Assembly (NCBI GenBank): GCA_036796475.1
Contig: DAIRCW010000001.1
Location: 2,127-66,126, forward strand
Direction: 5' to 3'
Length of the DNA: 64,000 nt
From: Candidatus Acidiferrales bacterium
GTDB taxonomy: Bacteria; Acidobacteriota; Terriglobia; Acidiferrales; UBA7541
In this document: positions 18,982 through 29,344 of the stretch, one piece after another
Position numbering within the stretch: the stretch's first letter is position 1
How the letters are laid out: each line of letters starts with the position of its first letter
The notes under the pieces: model-generated
What the model was told of the DNA's origin: nothing
The model's input: only the letters and a program-made list of their open reading frames with translations
Databases searched by the model: none
Position numbers and translations under genes: made by a program

Positions 18982-20151
18982 TCAGAGGAAGCGCACGGCC
19001 ATGCAGGTGATGTCGTCGTGCTGACGCGCGTTGGCGACGAAGGCGTCCACATCCGCCGTAATCACGGTCAGCAGGGATGCGGCGGCTTCACCGGCAAAAT
19101 GCTCGATGCGGTTCTGCAGGCGCACCTCGCCGTATTCCTCTCCGGCGTTGTTTACCGCCTCGGGTAAACCGTCGGTGAAAATCACCAGCAAATCGCCCGG
19201 CTGAATGTTCACAGCGACGGAAGCGTATGCCGCCGCAGGATTGATTCCAAAAGGCATGCCGCCTTCGCTGAGCCGGAGAATTTCGCCGGAGGCGCGGCGC
19301 AAAAAGGGCGCGTTATGGCCGGCGTTCACGTAGCGGAACTGCCGGGAGGCAGGCTCGTGCTGCGCGATGAAAGCGGTGGTGAAACGCAGTCCCGCGAGGC
19401 TGTGCGCGCAGGCATAGCGATTCACGTCGCGAGCTAATTCATCGAGACTCCCGGGACGTTCCGCGAGCGAATGAAGGCTGGCCTGAAACGTGGCCATGAG
19501 CAGCGCCGCGGGAACGCTTTTGCCGGCCACGTCGGCGACGACCATCAGCAAAGAGGGCGCCGCGCCTTCGGCATTGGGCCGCAGAAAAGCATCGTAATAA
19601 TCACCTGCTACTGTGTTCTGCGGGCGGCTGGCGAAGGCAATATCCATCCCGGGGATGATCGGCGGCCGTTCCGGCACCAGCCAGTGCTGAATTTCGCGCG
19701 CGATTTCGAGATCGCGCTTCATCGTGACGCGGTCGGCGAGCTCCAGCGCCAGAAGCAAAAAGAGAATCGCTGTACCGAAGCCGCTCGCATTAAACTCATA
19801 CGTACGGTCACCAAAATGAAAGTTCAGACTAAGCAGCATCAGCACACATGCCAGCAATAGCAGAACGCGGCGCGCGGGCGTCAGTTTCATCAACATGGCC
19901 TGGAACAGTGCCCATGCAATCCGGAACGGGCGTTTCCAATTCCGTCCCGTGTGCATCGCTTGCCAATCGACATCACGAGCGTAAAACGAGTACGTCGACC
20001 GCGCGTCCGCCTTCATCTGTCCCCAGAGCTGACTGACCTGCATGCCCTCGGTGACGCGAGCCCAGTATTGGCGCATTCGATTTCGCTTCTTGTCGCGAGG
20101 AGGCGCGGAATAATTGCTGCCGGGGGAAGCCATGCCGGGATTATACGGCAC
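18982..20151 (-). CDS. membrane-anchored PP2C/SpoIIE-family serine phosphatase
   Basis: Two TM helices followed by PP2C blocks GDYYDAF, VVADVAGKSVPAALLMA, FTDGLPEA and DDITCMAVRF. Confidence 0.75.
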   Translation of the reverse strand: MPYNPGMASPGSNYSAPPRDKKRNRMRQYWARVTEGMQVSQLWGQMKADARSTYSFYARDVDWQAMHTGRNWKRPFRIAWALFQAMLMKLTPARRVLLLLACVLMLLSLNFHFGDRTYEFNASGFGTAILFLLLALELADRVTMKRDLEIAREIQHWLVPERPPIIPGMDIAFASRPQNTVAGDYYDAFLRPNAEGAAPSLLMVVADVAGKSVPAALLMATFQASLHSLAERPGSLDELARDVNRYACAHSLAGLRFTTAFIAQHEPASRQFRYVNAGHNAPFLRRASGEILRLSEGGMPFGINPAAAYASVAVNIQPGDLLVIFTDGLPEAVNNAGEEYGEVRLQNRIEHFAGEAAASLLTVITADVDAFVANARQHDDITCMAVRFL

Positions 20152-20195
20152 AATGCGCTGCGCAACGGAAACGCAGCGAGCCGAAAGGACGGAGC

Positions 20196-21458
20196 CTACT
20201 TCTGATCCGGCGCGCGCAGAGAGCCGCCTAACTGAATCTTCGAAAATCCGAAACGGTCGCGCAGCTTGTCGGTGGCGCGGGCGAGCCGCTCCATTTTTTG
20301 GCGATGTTCTGCGCCGACCAGTTCAAGCTGGCCGTTTGCCGCGGATGCCGCTAGGAAAGACGACAATGCCACGCCCACAAGCCGCAGCTTTGCCTTGCCG
20401 TTCCACGCATTCCGCAGAAGCTCGCGAACCGTGCTGAGGATTGCGCCATCCAGATCGGACGGACTCGGGAGCGTACGGCTCCGCGTGATGGTCTGGAAAT
20501 TCGCGAAACGCAGGGTAAGCGTCACCGTTCGGCAGAAAAGCCCAGCATTCCGCAGGCGCTTGCCCGCTTTTTGGGTCAGCAGGCTCAGCGTGGATTCGAT
20601 TTGCTCACGCTCGGCAGTGTCTTCGGAGAAAGTGGAATTGTGCGAGATGGATTTCGGCTCGGCATCGATGAAGAACTCATACGTGTCGTCGCCGCGCGCT
20701 TTGCGATAGAGCGCTGTTCCCCAGCGGCCGAACATTTCTTCCAACTTTTCGCGCGGAATCAGCGCCAAATCGGCGACGGTGCGGATTCCCGTCGCAGCAA
20801 GCGCGCCATCTGTGACCCTGCCGATTCCCGGGATTTTTCGCACGTCCAGAGGCGCGAGAAAATTTTCTTCTACGCGATGCGGAACCCACACCAGCCCACG
20901 CGGCTTCGCCTGCTCGCTCGCCACTTTCGCCACCAGACGTGTGGATGCCAGCCCTCCGGAGCACGGCAGTCCCGTTGCGCTCGTGATTTCCGTAAGCAAA
21001 CGATGAGCGGCGCCGAGCGCGGAGCCCAGCACTCGCTCGGTGCCGGTAAGATCAACATAAGCCTCGTCGATGGACGCCATCTCCACCACGGGCGAATATT
21101 TTGCGAGAATGCGCGCCACGTGGTCGCTCCATTGCGAATAAAGCTCGTGTCGGTTGTCGAGAAACACGGCCTGCGGGCAAAGCTTCGCGGCTGTGCGCAA
21201 AGGCATTGCCGAATGAACGCCAAATTTGCGTGCTTCGTAGCTTGCTGAAGTAACCACGCCGCGTTCATTGGCCTTGCCTCCGACGATTACCGGCAATCCT
21301 CGCAGATTCGGGCGCGTAAGCAGTTCCACGGAGACGAAAAACGCGTCCATGTCCACGTGAAGGATGGAAATCTCACTGCCGTCAGCGGAAATTGCGTTTC
21401 CGGGCGAGGCTTTCCCGGGCTGCTCAGGTTTCGCGCGGTATTGTGCCAGCTTTGGCAT
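20196..21458 (-). CDS. dinB: DNA polymerase IV (Y-family)
   Basis: ILHVDMDAFFVSVE, SIDEAYVDLT, and a little-finger region. The ~30-aa N-terminal extension makes the start uncertain. Confidence 0.9.
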   Translation of the reverse strand: MPKLAQYRAKPEQPGKASPGNAISADGSEISILHVDMDAFFVSVELLTRPNLRGLPVIVGGKANERGVVTSASYEARKFGVHSAMPLRTAAKLCPQAVFLDNRHELYSQWSDHVARILAKYSPVVEMASIDEAYVDLTGTERVLGSALGAAHRLLTEITSATGLPCSGGLASTRLVAKVASEQAKPRGLVWVPHRVEENFLAPLDVRKIPGIGRVTDGALAATGIRTVADLALIPREKLEEMFGRWGTALYRKARGDDTYEFFIDAEPKSISHNSTFSEDTAEREQIESTLSLLTQKAGKRLRNAGLFCRTVTLTLRFANFQTITRSRTLPSPSDLDGAILSTVRELLRNAWNGKAKLRLVGVALSSFLAASAANGQLELVGAEHRQKMERLARATDKLRDRFGFSKIQLGGSLRAPDQK

Positions 21459-21619
21459 GGGCAGGTGTTCTTAAGCGAATGATACACGGGATGGCTGCCG
21501 GGAAACCATCGGCCGAAATCGAATCCCAACTTTAGCGAACGTGCGCGAACCCGGCGGCATGCGCATGCATCCAATGAGCCTTTGTGTCAGATTAGCGGGT
21601 CTCGTTAAGGGAGACGACG

Positions 21620-23179
21620 ATGCCATCCAGCTTAGAAAAAAGGGTTTGCGCCTGTGCTGCTTTTTGCGCGCTTGTTTTGACTGTTGTGTCGCCGCGGCTC
21701 CATGCTGCTCAGGATAACGCGAGGACTCGCGTGCAGGCGGCCATCCAGGCCATGGGTGGCGAAGAGCGTCTGCAGGCAATTCATTCCCTGCGATTCAAAG
21801 CGATCGGCCAGCGCACCATGCTGGAACAGTCCGAGCGCCCGGAGGGCCCGTGGCTCATGGACTATTTTCAAGTGAGCGAGTTCGTTGACTTCGCGCACAA
21901 GCGGCAGCGCGTTGACCGTGAATCGCGCGGATGCGGTTCGAGCGACTGCTGGGATTCCGCCGCGTGGCTGCCCTCGACGTATTTTTACGATAATGGTGCG
22001 GGCGCGATGCTCGTGAATGGAAAGCAATCTCCTGCTCCGCACAATCTCCTCGATGAAAGCGCGGAGCTGCTTGCTCTTTCGCCGGACCGCGTTCTGCTCG
22101 AAGCGCTCGCTGCTCCAGATCTGCACAGCGAATCTGACACTGCGCTGCGCGGCTTTACTCATCATGTCGTCGGCTTCACTCTCAGAGGAGCTACTGTGCG
22201 TCTTTTATTGAGTGCGTATACGGCTCTGCCTTCGGCTGTCGAGATCACACGCACGCACCCATACAACACCTTTCTCGGCCCGTGGGGCGATCTGACTTCG
22301 CGCATTACGTACACCTTTTGGCAGCTCGAGCCGGGTGGTGTGCGCTATCCGCGCCAATGGAATTCCGACCTGAATGGCCAGCCTGACTGGATGTGGACAA
22401 TCAACGAGCTGAGCATCAATCCTGTTGAAAACGAGAACCACCGATTTGTGATTGACTCACAGATTCGCACGGCTCCAACGAGAGGGCCGATTGACGAATG
22501 GCCGCTTGGATTCAAGAACGATCCGCCCAGCGAAATCGTCCCAGGTGTCGTGCAGGTTCGCGGCTTTTGGAATCTTACGGAAGTGAAGCAGGCGGACGGA
22601 ATCGTAATCATCGAAGGGCCAATATCGAATGGCTACTCGGCGAAAGTTATTGCCGATGCGCAGGTGCGTTTTCCTGGATTGCCGATCAAAGCGGTGATTA
22701 CAACCTCCGATTCGTGGCCGCACATCGGCGGGTTGCGCGAATACGCCGCGCGCGGCATTCCCATTTATGCCCTGGATCTCAATCGCACAATTTTGCAGCG
22801 GCTGTTCAGTGCGCCGCACAAGCTCGCTCCGGATGATTTGGCGAAAAGCGGAAAACGGCCCATCGTGCATTACATCAGCGCACGCACCCAGCTTGGCACC
22901 GGCTCCAATCGGCTGGAGATTATTCCGTATCGCGAACAGACCGGCGAACGGCAGATGATGGTTTACTTTCCCGATTCCAAGCTGCTGTACACCAGCGACC
23001 TTTTTCAGCGCGCTGGCGGCGAATGGTTCCTGCCGGAAACATTGTGGGAAGCGCTGGATGCAGTGCGTCGCGAAAAACTGGACGTCGATCGTTCCTTCGG
23101 AATGCACTACGAGCCCGTCGCCTGGAGCGAGATTGAGGCGGCGGTGAGAAAACAGGAAAGACCGGCCGAGCAGCCATAG
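21620..23179 (+). CDS. secreted hypothetical protein, C-terminal half metallo-beta-lactamase-fold-like with degenerate metal motif
   Basis: Signal peptide. VIIEGPISNGY...AVITTSDSWPHIGGLREY sits where HxHxDH is expected, but the histidines are absent. Confidence 0.45.
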   Translation: MPSSLEKRVCACAAFCALVLTVVSPRLHAAQDNARTRVQAAIQAMGGEERLQAIHSLRFKAIGQRTMLEQSERPEGPWLMDYFQVSEFVDFAHKRQRVDRESRGCGSSDCWDSAAWLPSTYFYDNGAGAMLVNGKQSPAPHNLLDESAELLALSPDRVLLEALAAPDLHSESDTALRGFTHHVVGFTLRGATVRLLLSAYTALPSAVEITRTHPYNTFLGPWGDLTSRITYTFWQLEPGGVRYPRQWNSDLNGQPDWMWTINELSINPVENENHRFVIDSQIRTAPTRGPIDEWPLGFKNDPPSEIVPGVVQVRGFWNLTEVKQADGIVIIEGPISNGYSAKVIADAQVRFPGLPIKAVITTSDSWPHIGGLREYAARGIPIYALDLNRTILQRLFSAPHKLAPDDLAKSGKRPIVHYISARTQLGTGSNRLEIIPYREQTGERQMMVYFPDSKLLYTSDLFQRAGGEWFLPETLWEALDAVRREKLDVDRSFGMHYEPVAWSEIEAAVRKQERPAEQP

Positions 23180-23254
23180 TTCAAAAAAACTCCGCACGGC
23201 ATGATTCGTCTCGCTGCGCCTGCCACCAATGCGGCGGAGTGGAAGGAGCTGAGC

Positions 23255-23674
23255 ATGACGCCGCCCAAGATAACCGGCGTATTGGAAACCGCCATTCACG
23301 TGACCAAGATGAAACGCGCCGAGGAATTTTACGCAAACGTGCTGGGTTTCAAGAAAATGGATGGCAGCGAGCGCTTTTGCGCCTTTGATGTGGGAGGACG
23401 TGACGTATTCTTGCTATTTCGCTATGGCGGAAGGCCGGAACCTGTTCACTTGCCGGGCGGAATGATTCCGCCGCATGGAAGCAGCGGCGTCCTGCATTTT
23501 GCGTTTCCCATTGCGGAAGCTGATTGGGACTCGTGGATCAAACATTTGAAAGCGAATAACATCGCCATCGAAAGCATTGTTCGTTGGCCGCGTGGCGGAC
23601 GCAGCATGTATTTCCGTGATCCAGATAATCATCTGGTTGAACTCGCGACACCGGGATTGTGGCAGAACTACTGA
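23255..23674 (+). CDS. VOC-family (glyoxalase/bleomycin-resistance/dioxygenase fold) protein
   Basis: ATG 23255 has GGAAGGAG upstream. The ITGVLETAIHVTKMKRAEEFY...HFAF...DPDNHLVEL pattern is typical of VOC proteins. Confidence 0.7.
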   Translation: MTPPKITGVLETAIHVTKMKRAEEFYANVLGFKKMDGSERFCAFDVGGRDVFLLFRYGGRPEPVHLPGGMIPPHGSSGVLHFAFPIAEADWDSWIKHLKANNIAIESIVRWPRGGRSMYFRDPDNHLVELATPGLWQNY

Positions 23675-23680
23675 AACGGT

Positions 23681-24580
23681 TCAGGTGCGTTCGGCGGAAA
23701 CGACGCGCGCGATGCCGGCCAGGTCTTTCGTTACCCGAATATCGGTCCAGGAATCGACATCGAGCATGGCGCGCACTCCCTCTGATGCACCATATCCGAT
23801 TTCCATCACAAGCAATCCGCCTGGCCGTAGACGTTCCGATGCCTGCGCGATGAGGCGCCCGTAAATTTCCGTGCCTGTCGCGCCGCCAAATATCGCAGTG
23901 TGCGGTTCATGCTCGCGAACTTCACGGGCCAGTTCATTTTCTTCCGCGCGCGCAACATACGGCGGATTGCTGACGACCAGATCAAACGCTTGTGATTCAC
24001 ATTCTGCTGATTCGAGCAGATCGCATTGAACGAAGCGCACGCGTCGAGCGATGTCATGTTTCTCCGCATTGCGCATCGCGATTTTCAGCGCCTCAGCCGA
24101 AATATCCGTCGCGAGAATCTTTGCGTTCGGCATCTCCTTCGCCAGCGCAACCGCGATGCAGCCGGAGCCAGTGCCCACGTCTGCGATGCGCAACGATTCG
24201 TCACGTTTCGCGCCGGAGCGCTCGTCTAACCGTTGGAGTGCCACTTCAATCACATGCTCGGTCTCGGGACGCGGAATCAGCACCGCGGGCGTCACTTCGA
24301 ATTCCATCCCCCAAAATTCCTGTTCGCCTGTCAGATATTGCGTCGGTACGCCAGAAACTCGGCACGCAATCAGCTCAAAGAAAACCTTGGCCTGCTGCTC
24401 GTTCAATTCCGTCTCGGGATGGGCATAAATCCAGGCGCGGTCGCGTCCGGTTGCGTGCATCAGCAGCAATTCCACTGCCAGCGCGTGCGAAGGCGTGTTC
24501 GCAGCGGCAAGCTGCGCCATCCCGTCGCGCAACGCGCTGCGCACGGTTGTTCGCATTTCAATTCCCACGCACGCGCTCAT
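23681..24580 (-). CDS. prmC: release factor glutamine N5-methyltransferase PrmC/HemK
   Basis: SAM motif [10 protein letters not shown] and catalytic VSNPPY. ATGA overlap with the prfA stop. Confidence 0.9.
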   Translation of the reverse strand: MSACVGIEMRTTVRSALRDGMAQLAAANTPSHALAVELLLMHATGRDRAWIYAHPETELNEQQAKVFFELIACRVSGVPTQYLTGEQEFWGMEFEVTPAVLIPRPETEHVIEVALQRLDERSGAKRDESLRIADVGTGSGCIAVALAKEMPNAKILATDISAEALKIAMRNAEKHDIARRVRFVQCDLLESAECESQAFDLVVSNPPYVARAEENELAREVREHEPHTAIFGGATGTEIYGRLIAQASERLRPGGLLVMEIGYGASEGVRAMLDVDSWTDIRVTKDLAGIARVVSAERT

Positions 24581-25692
24581 GCCGCTTTGCCGCCGCCGTC
24601 GCCATTGTCGCTAAGCTCGCGCTTGAGCCGCTCCGCTTCGTAATACGTAACCAGCCCATCCACGAGCGCTCCAAGTTTTCCGTCCATCACTTCGGTAAGC
24701 TGATGAATGGTCAGCCCGATGCGATGATCGGTCACGCGATTCTGCGGAAAATTGTAGGTGCGGATTTTTTCAGACCGGTCACCCGTTTTGATTTGTCCCT
24801 TGCGCTCGGCGGCGATTTGCTGATGCTGTTTCTCCTGCTCCATTTCGTACAAACGCGCGCGCAAAACGCGCATAGCCTTCGCGCGATTCTTGATTTGCGA
24901 CTTCTCGTCCTGCTGTGAAACTACCAGCCCCGTTGGGATGTGCGTGATGCGCACCGCCGAATAGGTAGTGTTCACCGACTGGCCGCCCGGACCTGAGGAG
25001 CAGAACGTGTCAACGCGCAAGTCTTTTGCTTCAATTTTGATGTCAATTTCGTCCGCTTCCGGCAGCACTGCGACCGTAGCAGCCGAAGTGTGAATCCTTC
25101 CCTGCTGTTCTGTTGCTGGCACGCGCTGGACGCGATGCACGCCGCTCTCGTATTTCAGCTTCGAATAAACTTTTTGCCCTTGAATCGCGGCGATAATTTC
25201 CTTCACGCCGCCGATCGAAGACGCGGAGCTCTCCAACACCTCCACGCGCCAGCCCTGCGTTTCCGCGTAGCGCGAGTACATCCGAAACAGTTCGCCTGCA
25301 AAAAGCGAAGCTTCGTCGCCTCCGGTTCCCGCGCGAATTTCCACAATGACGTTCTTTTCGTCGTTAGGATCCTTCGGCAGCAGCAGCACTTTCAATTCCT
25401 GTTCGACAGTGGCTAGCCGCGCTTCGAGCGTGCGCTGTTCGTCATGCGCCATCTGCTTCATCTCCGGCTCATCCGCTTCGGCGATAAGTTGCTTCGCGCC
25501 GGAAAGGCCTTTCTCGACGTCTTTCCATTCGCGATATTTCAGAACCATTTGCGACAAATCCGCGTGCGTCTTCGCGAGCTTCTGATAGCGCCCAGAATCC
25601 GCCAGCACTTCCGGCGACGAAAGTTCGCGCGTCAGCTCCTCATAGCGCGCCTCGATCTGCTCCAGTTTTTGAAACATGTTCGTATTGCTCAT
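24577..25692 (-). CDS. prfA: peptide chain release factor 1
   Basis: RF1 tripeptide PAT (RVQRVPATE) and the GGQ motif (SGPGGQSVN). Confidence 0.97.
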   Translation of the reverse strand: MSNTNMFQKLEQIEARYEELTRELSSPEVLADSGRYQKLAKTHADLSQMVLKYREWKDVEKGLSGAKQLIAEADEPEMKQMAHDEQRTLEARLATVEQELKVLLLPKDPNDEKNVIVEIRAGTGGDEASLFAGELFRMYSRYAETQGWRVEVLESSASSIGGVKEIIAAIQGQKVYSKLKYESGVHRVQRVPATEQQGRIHTSAATVAVLPEADEIDIKIEAKDLRVDTFCSSGPGGQSVNTTYSAVRITHIPTGLVVSQQDEKSQIKNRAKAMRVLRARLYEMEQEKQHQQIAAERKGQIKTGDRSEKIRTYNFPQNRVTDHRIGLTIHQLTEVMDGKLGALVDGLVTYYEAERLKRELSDNGDGGGKAA

Positions 25693-25933
25693 CGCAAACT
25701 CCTGTGCAATCTATGCGAACTTCCATAAAACGCAATCTGGCGCGCCGGAATCGAAAGTGTTAGTTGCCAAAAGTGGTCGAAAAAAAAAGCGAAAAACTGC
25801 GGCAAGGGCCAGAATAGCCCGTTCAGAGGACGCTAATAGAAGGCGGCAAGCATTTCAATTCGATTAGATGCAGGATATCCGCGCTAGACTCTGCTGTCAA
25901 TCCACCGGGAGTCTATACTAGGATACCGCGCGC

Positions 25934-27046
25934 ATGAGCGAAATCAGCCAAGCCGAAACCGCCGCCGCTGCCGCCGAGGACTCGTCGCTCGGCATGCTGT
26001 GGGATTTTTGGTATCCCGCGTTGCGCTCGCGTGAGCTGTCCGGACGCGCGCTGCGCAAAGCCACCCTGCTCGAAGTTCCGCTCTGCATGGGCCGCGACGC
26101 TCACGGAAAACCTTTCGCGCTTCGCGACATCTGCCCGCATCGCGGCATGCCGCTCTCCTACGGGCAGTTTGACGGCGAATGCGTTGAATGCAGCTATCAC
26201 GGATGGAAATTCGATGCTCACTCCGGCCAGTGCCGCGAAATCCCGTCCATCACCAGCGATTCGAAATTGCGCCCTGACCGCATTTACGCCGGCGCCTTTC
26301 CCTGCGAAGAGCGCGACGGCTACATCTGGGTCTACATGCCGGCGCCAAATTCGCCGCGCGTCGAACAGGCCCCTATCGCGGCGCCCGAGCTGCCCAAATT
26401 TGGCGGACGCTTTCGCATCGCGCACCTTTCTGCCGAAATGCCCGTTCACGTTGACCACGGCGTGATCGGCCTCATGGATCCCGCGCACGGGCCATTCGTG
26501 CATCAGTCCTGGTGGTGGCGCAGCCGCCGCAGCATTCACGAAAAGCAAAAGAAGTTCGAGCCCATTCCCGCGGGCTTTCGCATGAGCCCGCACACTCCTT
26601 CGTCAAACAGCCTCCCGTACAAAATTCTTAAACTCATCACCGGCGCGCCGGTCACCACCACAATCGATTTCACTTTGCCGAGTTATCGCTTTGAACAGGT
26701 GCGCTCCGGCAAGCTGTGGTTCTCCAGCCGCGCGGTCGTCACGCCCATTCGCCGCGATTTATGCCGCCTCGATTTTTGCGCCGCGTGGAACGTGCTGCCT
26801 TTTGTTCCGGTGATCAGTTTCATCATTCGCGTGCTTGGGCCGCGTTTCATCGCGCAGGACACCGACACGATGACCAAGCAGGCCGAAGGCCTCCGCACCA
26901 ATCCGCATCTGATGTTGATTGACGATGCCGACCGCCCGGCCAAATGGTATTTCCAACTCAAGGCCGCGCATCTCGAATCCAAACGCACCGGCGCGCCCGC
27001 CGCGCATCCCGTCGACGGCCCCGTCACTCTCCGCTGGCGCTCCTGA
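25934..27046 (+). CDS. Rieske [2Fe-2S] non-heme iron oxygenase (PaO/vanillate demethylase-like alpha subunit)
   Basis: Rieske motif CPHRGMPLSYG...CSYHGWKF. Mononuclear iron region with conserved His (DPAHGPFVHQSWW). Confidence 0.85.
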   Translation: MSEISQAETAAAAAEDSSLGMLWDFWYPALRSRELSGRALRKATLLEVPLCMGRDAHGKPFALRDICPHRGMPLSYGQFDGECVECSYHGWKFDAHSGQCREIPSITSDSKLRPDRIYAGAFPCEERDGYIWVYMPAPNSPRVEQAPIAAPELPKFGGRFRIAHLSAEMPVHVDHGVIGLMDPAHGPFVHQSWWWRSRRSIHEKQKKFEPIPAGFRMSPHTPSSNSLPYKILKLITGAPVTTTIDFTLPSYRFEQVRSGKLWFSSRAVVTPIRRDLCRLDFCAAWNVLPFVPVISFIIRVLGPRFIAQDTDTMTKQAEGLRTNPHLMLIDDADRPAKWYFQLKAAHLESKRTGAPAAHPVDGPVTLRWRS

Positions 27047-27073
27047 ACTCCTCGCGCGTTCGCCAGATTGTTC

Positions 27074-27718
27074 CTACGGCAAAGTTTTGAGAATGTCCAT
27101 CGAGTCGCCGGTTTCGTGCTCCCGAATCTGAAACCGCAGGAATTGATGGATCGCGTCTACCGCTGCTTGATTCGCTGAGTCCATGACCACGCGCCCGCCG
27201 TTCGCGGTCTCTGCGTACGAATAATGAATGTCATCGCGCAGCTGCTTCATTTCCGGCACGCCGGGCGGCGTCGTGTCGTGCACGAACTTGGGAACGTCGA
27301 AATCCCCGCTGGCAAACGCTTGGCTGATGTGCTTCAAATGCATGCGAATTGCGTCAAGGTTAGTTTGGTCAGATGCATCCTTCACCTCGATTTGAATCAC
27401 GCCTCCATTCGTCGTCAGGAAAAAATGATGCTGCGTGGCCGTTTGCGAAAACCCCATGCCCTTTTCGCCGCGCGCATTCACACCATCGTGTGAATGCTGC
27501 GAAGCAGCCGTTTGCATCATCGGGCAGTTTGCCATTGCGCTGCCGTTCACGCCTTGAGCCTGATCGCCGCCAGAACGGTTACCGTGCGCCATAGGGCAAC
27601 AGGCCATTGATTCGTGTTTCGGATTTTGTGCAGCGCCCTGCTGCAATGCAGCCGCACTGAGACTCAAAACCGCCAACGCAGCGATCACAGGAAAAGTTTT
27701 TCTCAGGATTGTTCTCAT
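27074..27718 (-). CDS. secreted protein with N-terminal Cys/Met/His-rich (CPM-motif) region, unknown C-terminal domain
   Basis: Signal peptide MRTILRKTFPVIAALAVLSLSAAALQ. MACCPMAHG, MANCPMMQ and HSHDG motifs. ATGA overlap with merR-family gene. Confidence 0.55.
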   Translation of the reverse strand: MRTILRKTFPVIAALAVLSLSAAALQQGAAQNPKHESMACCPMAHGNRSGGDQAQGVNGSAMANCPMMQTAASQHSHDGVNARGEKGMGFSQTATQHHFFLTTNGGVIQIEVKDASDQTNLDAIRMHLKHISQAFASGDFDVPKFVHDTTPPGVPEMKQLRDDIHYSYAETANGGRVVMDSANQAAVDAIHQFLRFQIREHETGDSMDILKTLP

Positions 27719-28236
27719 CGATGCCCCACCTTTCGTTTCGATTCGTGAGTCAGCGCGCTAAACCGTGTTGCTCGCGCATGGTTCTTCATGTGGGCAGCGA
27801 GATTTTCCAGCAGATAGCTTGGTTGATTTCGCGGCGTATTCTCCAGCAGCTTGTCCCAAACGGCGAGCTGTTTGCGCAAATCTCGCCGGAGGGAACGCAG
27901 CGCCCGAATCCGTGCCTCGATCGCCGCGAGTTTCTCGGCAGTGGCTTTGCGCACTTTGTGACACGGCGCTGCGCCGCTGTCGCGCTCCCTCAAAATTTCG
28001 GCGAGTTCGCGCACCGAGAAGCCGATGGACAAAGCGCCGCGAATCAGCTGCAAGCGGCCAAGCGCCTCCGGTGGAAACAAGCGGTAACCGGCGGCCGAGC
28101 GCTGCACTGGCGGCATCAGCCGCAAACGCTCATAGTAGCGAAGAGAGTCTGGGCTGATTCCTGCTCGTTCGGCTAGCTCGCCGCAACGCAACATGCCATT
28201 TGCTGAATTTCTCGTGCTCACGGGACGAGCCTCCAC
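27715..28236 (-). CDS. MerR-family transcriptional regulator
   Basis: N-terminal HTH (LRCGELAERAGISPDSLRYYERLRLM, AGYRLF) and a coiled-coil dimerisation helix. A single Cys sits in APCHK, and the tail is His-rich. An alternative start is ATG 28194. Confidence 0.85.
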   Translation of the reverse strand: MEARPVSTRNSANGMLRCGELAERAGISPDSLRYYERLRLMPPVQRSAAGYRLFPPEALGRLQLIRGALSIGFSVRELAEILRERDSGAAPCHKVRKATAEKLAAIEARIRALRSLRRDLRKQLAVWDKLLENTPRNQPSYLLENLAAHMKNHARATRFSALTHESKRKVGHR

Positions 28237-28237
28237 T

Positions 28238-28281
28238 CTGGAACGGTTCCAGGGTCAAGAGAAATTCTCCGCGTCGCGGAG
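28238..28281. promoter_or_regulatory. two perfect 15-nt palindromes (CTGGAACGGTTCCAG at 28238-28252; CTCCGCGTCGCGGAG at 28267-28281) upstream of merR-family gene
   Basis: Read directly. On the minus strand, a TTGACC hexamer immediately precedes the CTGGAACCGTTCCAG palindrome. Confidence 0.35.
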
Positions 28282-28290
28282 AGAGTTGGA

Positions 28291-29319
28291 TCAGGGCTGG
28301 ACGTCGTAAACGCGCAATTCCTCCGGACGGCCGCTCCGGCCCCAGATGCCGAGGAACAATCTTCCAAGTTCCGGCGCCAGCAGCGAAGTTCTCCCTCCGT
28401 CAGCCGTTTTGAATTCCGCGACGCGGCGATAATGATCGCCATCCTCTTGCGCGACGATCGTGATGAAGCCTTGCCCGCCCGACACATAAATGCGTTTGTT
28501 GACGCCGTCATACCAGACGTCATCCGCATGCTCGACGCTGGGAACTTTCGCGACGATTTTTCCTGAATTTGTGTCGAGCGCCAGCAATTCCGCCGGTGTG
28601 CGGCACACGATGAACAGTCTGTGGTTTGCTTCATCGAGCGCCATTGGAAAATTATCCTCGGCGCCGCCCAGCTTCCAGGTCCCAATGATTTTTCGCGCGC
28701 TGCGGTCAACTACTTCGATGACATTATTCGCCTCAGGAATATTCACGTAAATCCTCGCGCCCTTCTGCTCGAGTTGAAATCCCTCAGGATGCGCCGGCAG
28801 CGGAATTGTTCCGGCTACATTCCCCGTCGCGGCATCAAAGATCGCAAGTCCCGCGTTTCCTTTATCGCCGTAGCCAACGTAAACCTGCTGCTTTGCCGCG
28901 TCGAGCCGCGTGTCATCCGCGTCGCTCGCCAGATGAACGGCCTTCAGCAGTTGATAGGACTTCCCATCGAATATTCGCACCATGCCGTCATCGCCATTCG
29001 CCACAAAAATTCGCGAGGTGGCCGGCACATAGGTCACTCCTTGTGGCTCGTGCAATCCGCGAATCCTATGTATGCGCTTGTTCGCCGCAATATCGAAAAC
29101 TTCGACGGTGTTGTTGCCGAGCGCTGACATGAACAGACGCTTTCCCGCGAGGTCCACGTCAAAGTGGTCAATTCGCCCGTGGACGTCCGGCAAAGGTATG
29201 GTTGCCACAAGCCGCAGTGGTGTACGTTCTTTCTCTTGTGCGCGCGCCGTAAAACCGGCCGTCAGCGCGATTGCCGCACAAACCACGAAGGCTACCGCGG
29301 TCACATTTGCGTTCTTCAT
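28291..29319 (-). CDS. secreted YncE/YVTN-type beta-propeller repeat protein
   Basis: Signal peptide after ATG 29319 (GGAG RBS). Repeated ~40-aa units with V..D........I.....P.G motifs. Paralogous in style to the upstream gene. Confidence 0.7.
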   Translation of the reverse strand: MKNANVTAVAFVVCAAIALTAGFTARAQEKERTPLRLVATIPLPDVHGRIDHFDVDLAGKRLFMSALGNNTVEVFDIAANKRIHRIRGLHEPQGVTYVPATSRIFVANGDDGMVRIFDGKSYQLLKAVHLASDADDTRLDAAKQQVYVGYGDKGNAGLAIFDAATGNVAGTIPLPAHPEGFQLEQKGARIYVNIPEANNVIEVVDRSARKIIGTWKLGGAEDNFPMALDEANHRLFIVCRTPAELLALDTNSGKIVAKVPSVEHADDVWYDGVNKRIYVSGGQGFITIVAQEDGDHYRRVAEFKTADGGRTSLLAPELGRLFLGIWGRSGRPEELRVYDVQP

Positions 29320-29344
29320 TGTTTTTACTCCTGGCCTGTACGCC

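Noticed and set aside
21537-21550. GAAC-gtgcgc-GAAC (GTTC-N6-GTTC on the other strand) between dinB and the divergent gene, considered as a possible SOS (LexA) box.
   Set aside because: The direct-repeat LexA box I know (GTTC-N7-GTTC, from Alphaproteobacteria) has a 7-nt spacer, whereas this one has 6 nt. I do not know the LexA motif for this lineage, so the support is insufficient.
23992-26593. ORFs 23992..24918 (+, 308 aa) and 25913..26593 (-, 226 aa), opposite prmC/prfA and the Rieske oxygenase respectively.
   Set aside because: They are shadow ORFs with Arg/Ala-rich composition. The opposing strands carry the NPPY, GGQ and Rieske motifs.
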